Source: a virus (taxonomy: Duplodnaviria; Caudoviricetes). Taken from it: a DNA stretch of 64,000 nucleotides. Position 1 is the first letter of the stretch. Every line of letters starts with the position of its first letter. Below are positions 63,784-64,000 of this stretch, piece after piece. The notes below the pieces were generated by a model. That model saw only the letters and a program-made list of their open reading frames with translations, was not told the origin of the DNA and made no database searches. Position numbers and translations under genes: made by a program. Location of the stretch: the IMG/VR virus record IMGVR_UViG_3300026493_000002; one strand, given 5' to 3'.

Positions 63784-64000
63784 ATGACTACCAAATACCG
63801 CATTCGCAATCGTTCGACCCGGCAGTCCCCGGTTCGACACGTCAATCGCCTCGCCAAGTGGAAGAAGCCGCCCCTGTTGGCATCCATGACGCTGGAGCAG
63901 ATCGCAAAGGCCAGCTACGGCACCGTTCTCGCTCGCGTCGTACTGTCGCCGGACTCGGCCTTCATCTGGGTGTATCAGGTGATGGGCCGCCCGAACACCC
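63784..64000 (+). CDS. hypothetical protein, 3' partial
   Basis: ATG 63784, frame open to the window end. Confidence 0.6.
   Translation, partial: MTTKYRIRNRSTRQSPVRHVNRLAKWKKPPLLASMTLEQIAKASYGTVLARVVLSPDSAFIWVYQVMGRPNT

Noticed and set aside
1-64000. Naming the phage or its host
   Set aside because: The gene set suggests a large proteobacterial myophage (RSL1/PaBG-like is a guess), but there are no structural or terminase markers here and no search was possible.

Overview
This 64 kb window looks like part of a large, GC-rich (about 60% by eye) dsDNA bacteriophage genome. About 100 tightly packed genes all lie on the + strand; the long minus-strand ORFs are codon-bias shadows. Positions 1-20 kb hold a replication/recombination module: HNH nuclease, a ~1,940 aa SNF2 ATPase, family A DNA polymerase with a UDG-like N-terminus, a beta-clamp-like protein, an SF2 helicase and a degenerate DnaC-like protein. 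Positions 20.8-26.6 kb are the best candidate for an undescribed system: a DNA hypermodification operon encoding ParB-like protein, asparagine-synthetase-like amide ligase, GNAT, true arginase, C5-cytosine transferase, DUF1611-like protein and CmoA-like carboxy-SAM synthase. The transferase reads GRSV instead of GNSV in motif X, which points to 5-carboxymethylcytosine carrying a further, probably ornithine/arginine-derived, adduct. Positions 29.2-30.1 kb are a ~930 bp non-coding island with many complementary helices (candidate ncRNA). Positions 30-64 kb are small accessory or early genes. Regulatory signals: 12 copies of a (T)CTGTAAA motif upstream of genes (candidate phage promoter); two near-consensus sigma70 promoters (41968, 45826) bracketed by inverted CAAACCCGA sites; and that motif repeated at least 18 times between 41.9 and 55.9 kb. 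All family assignments come from motifs recognised by eye; no database search was run.
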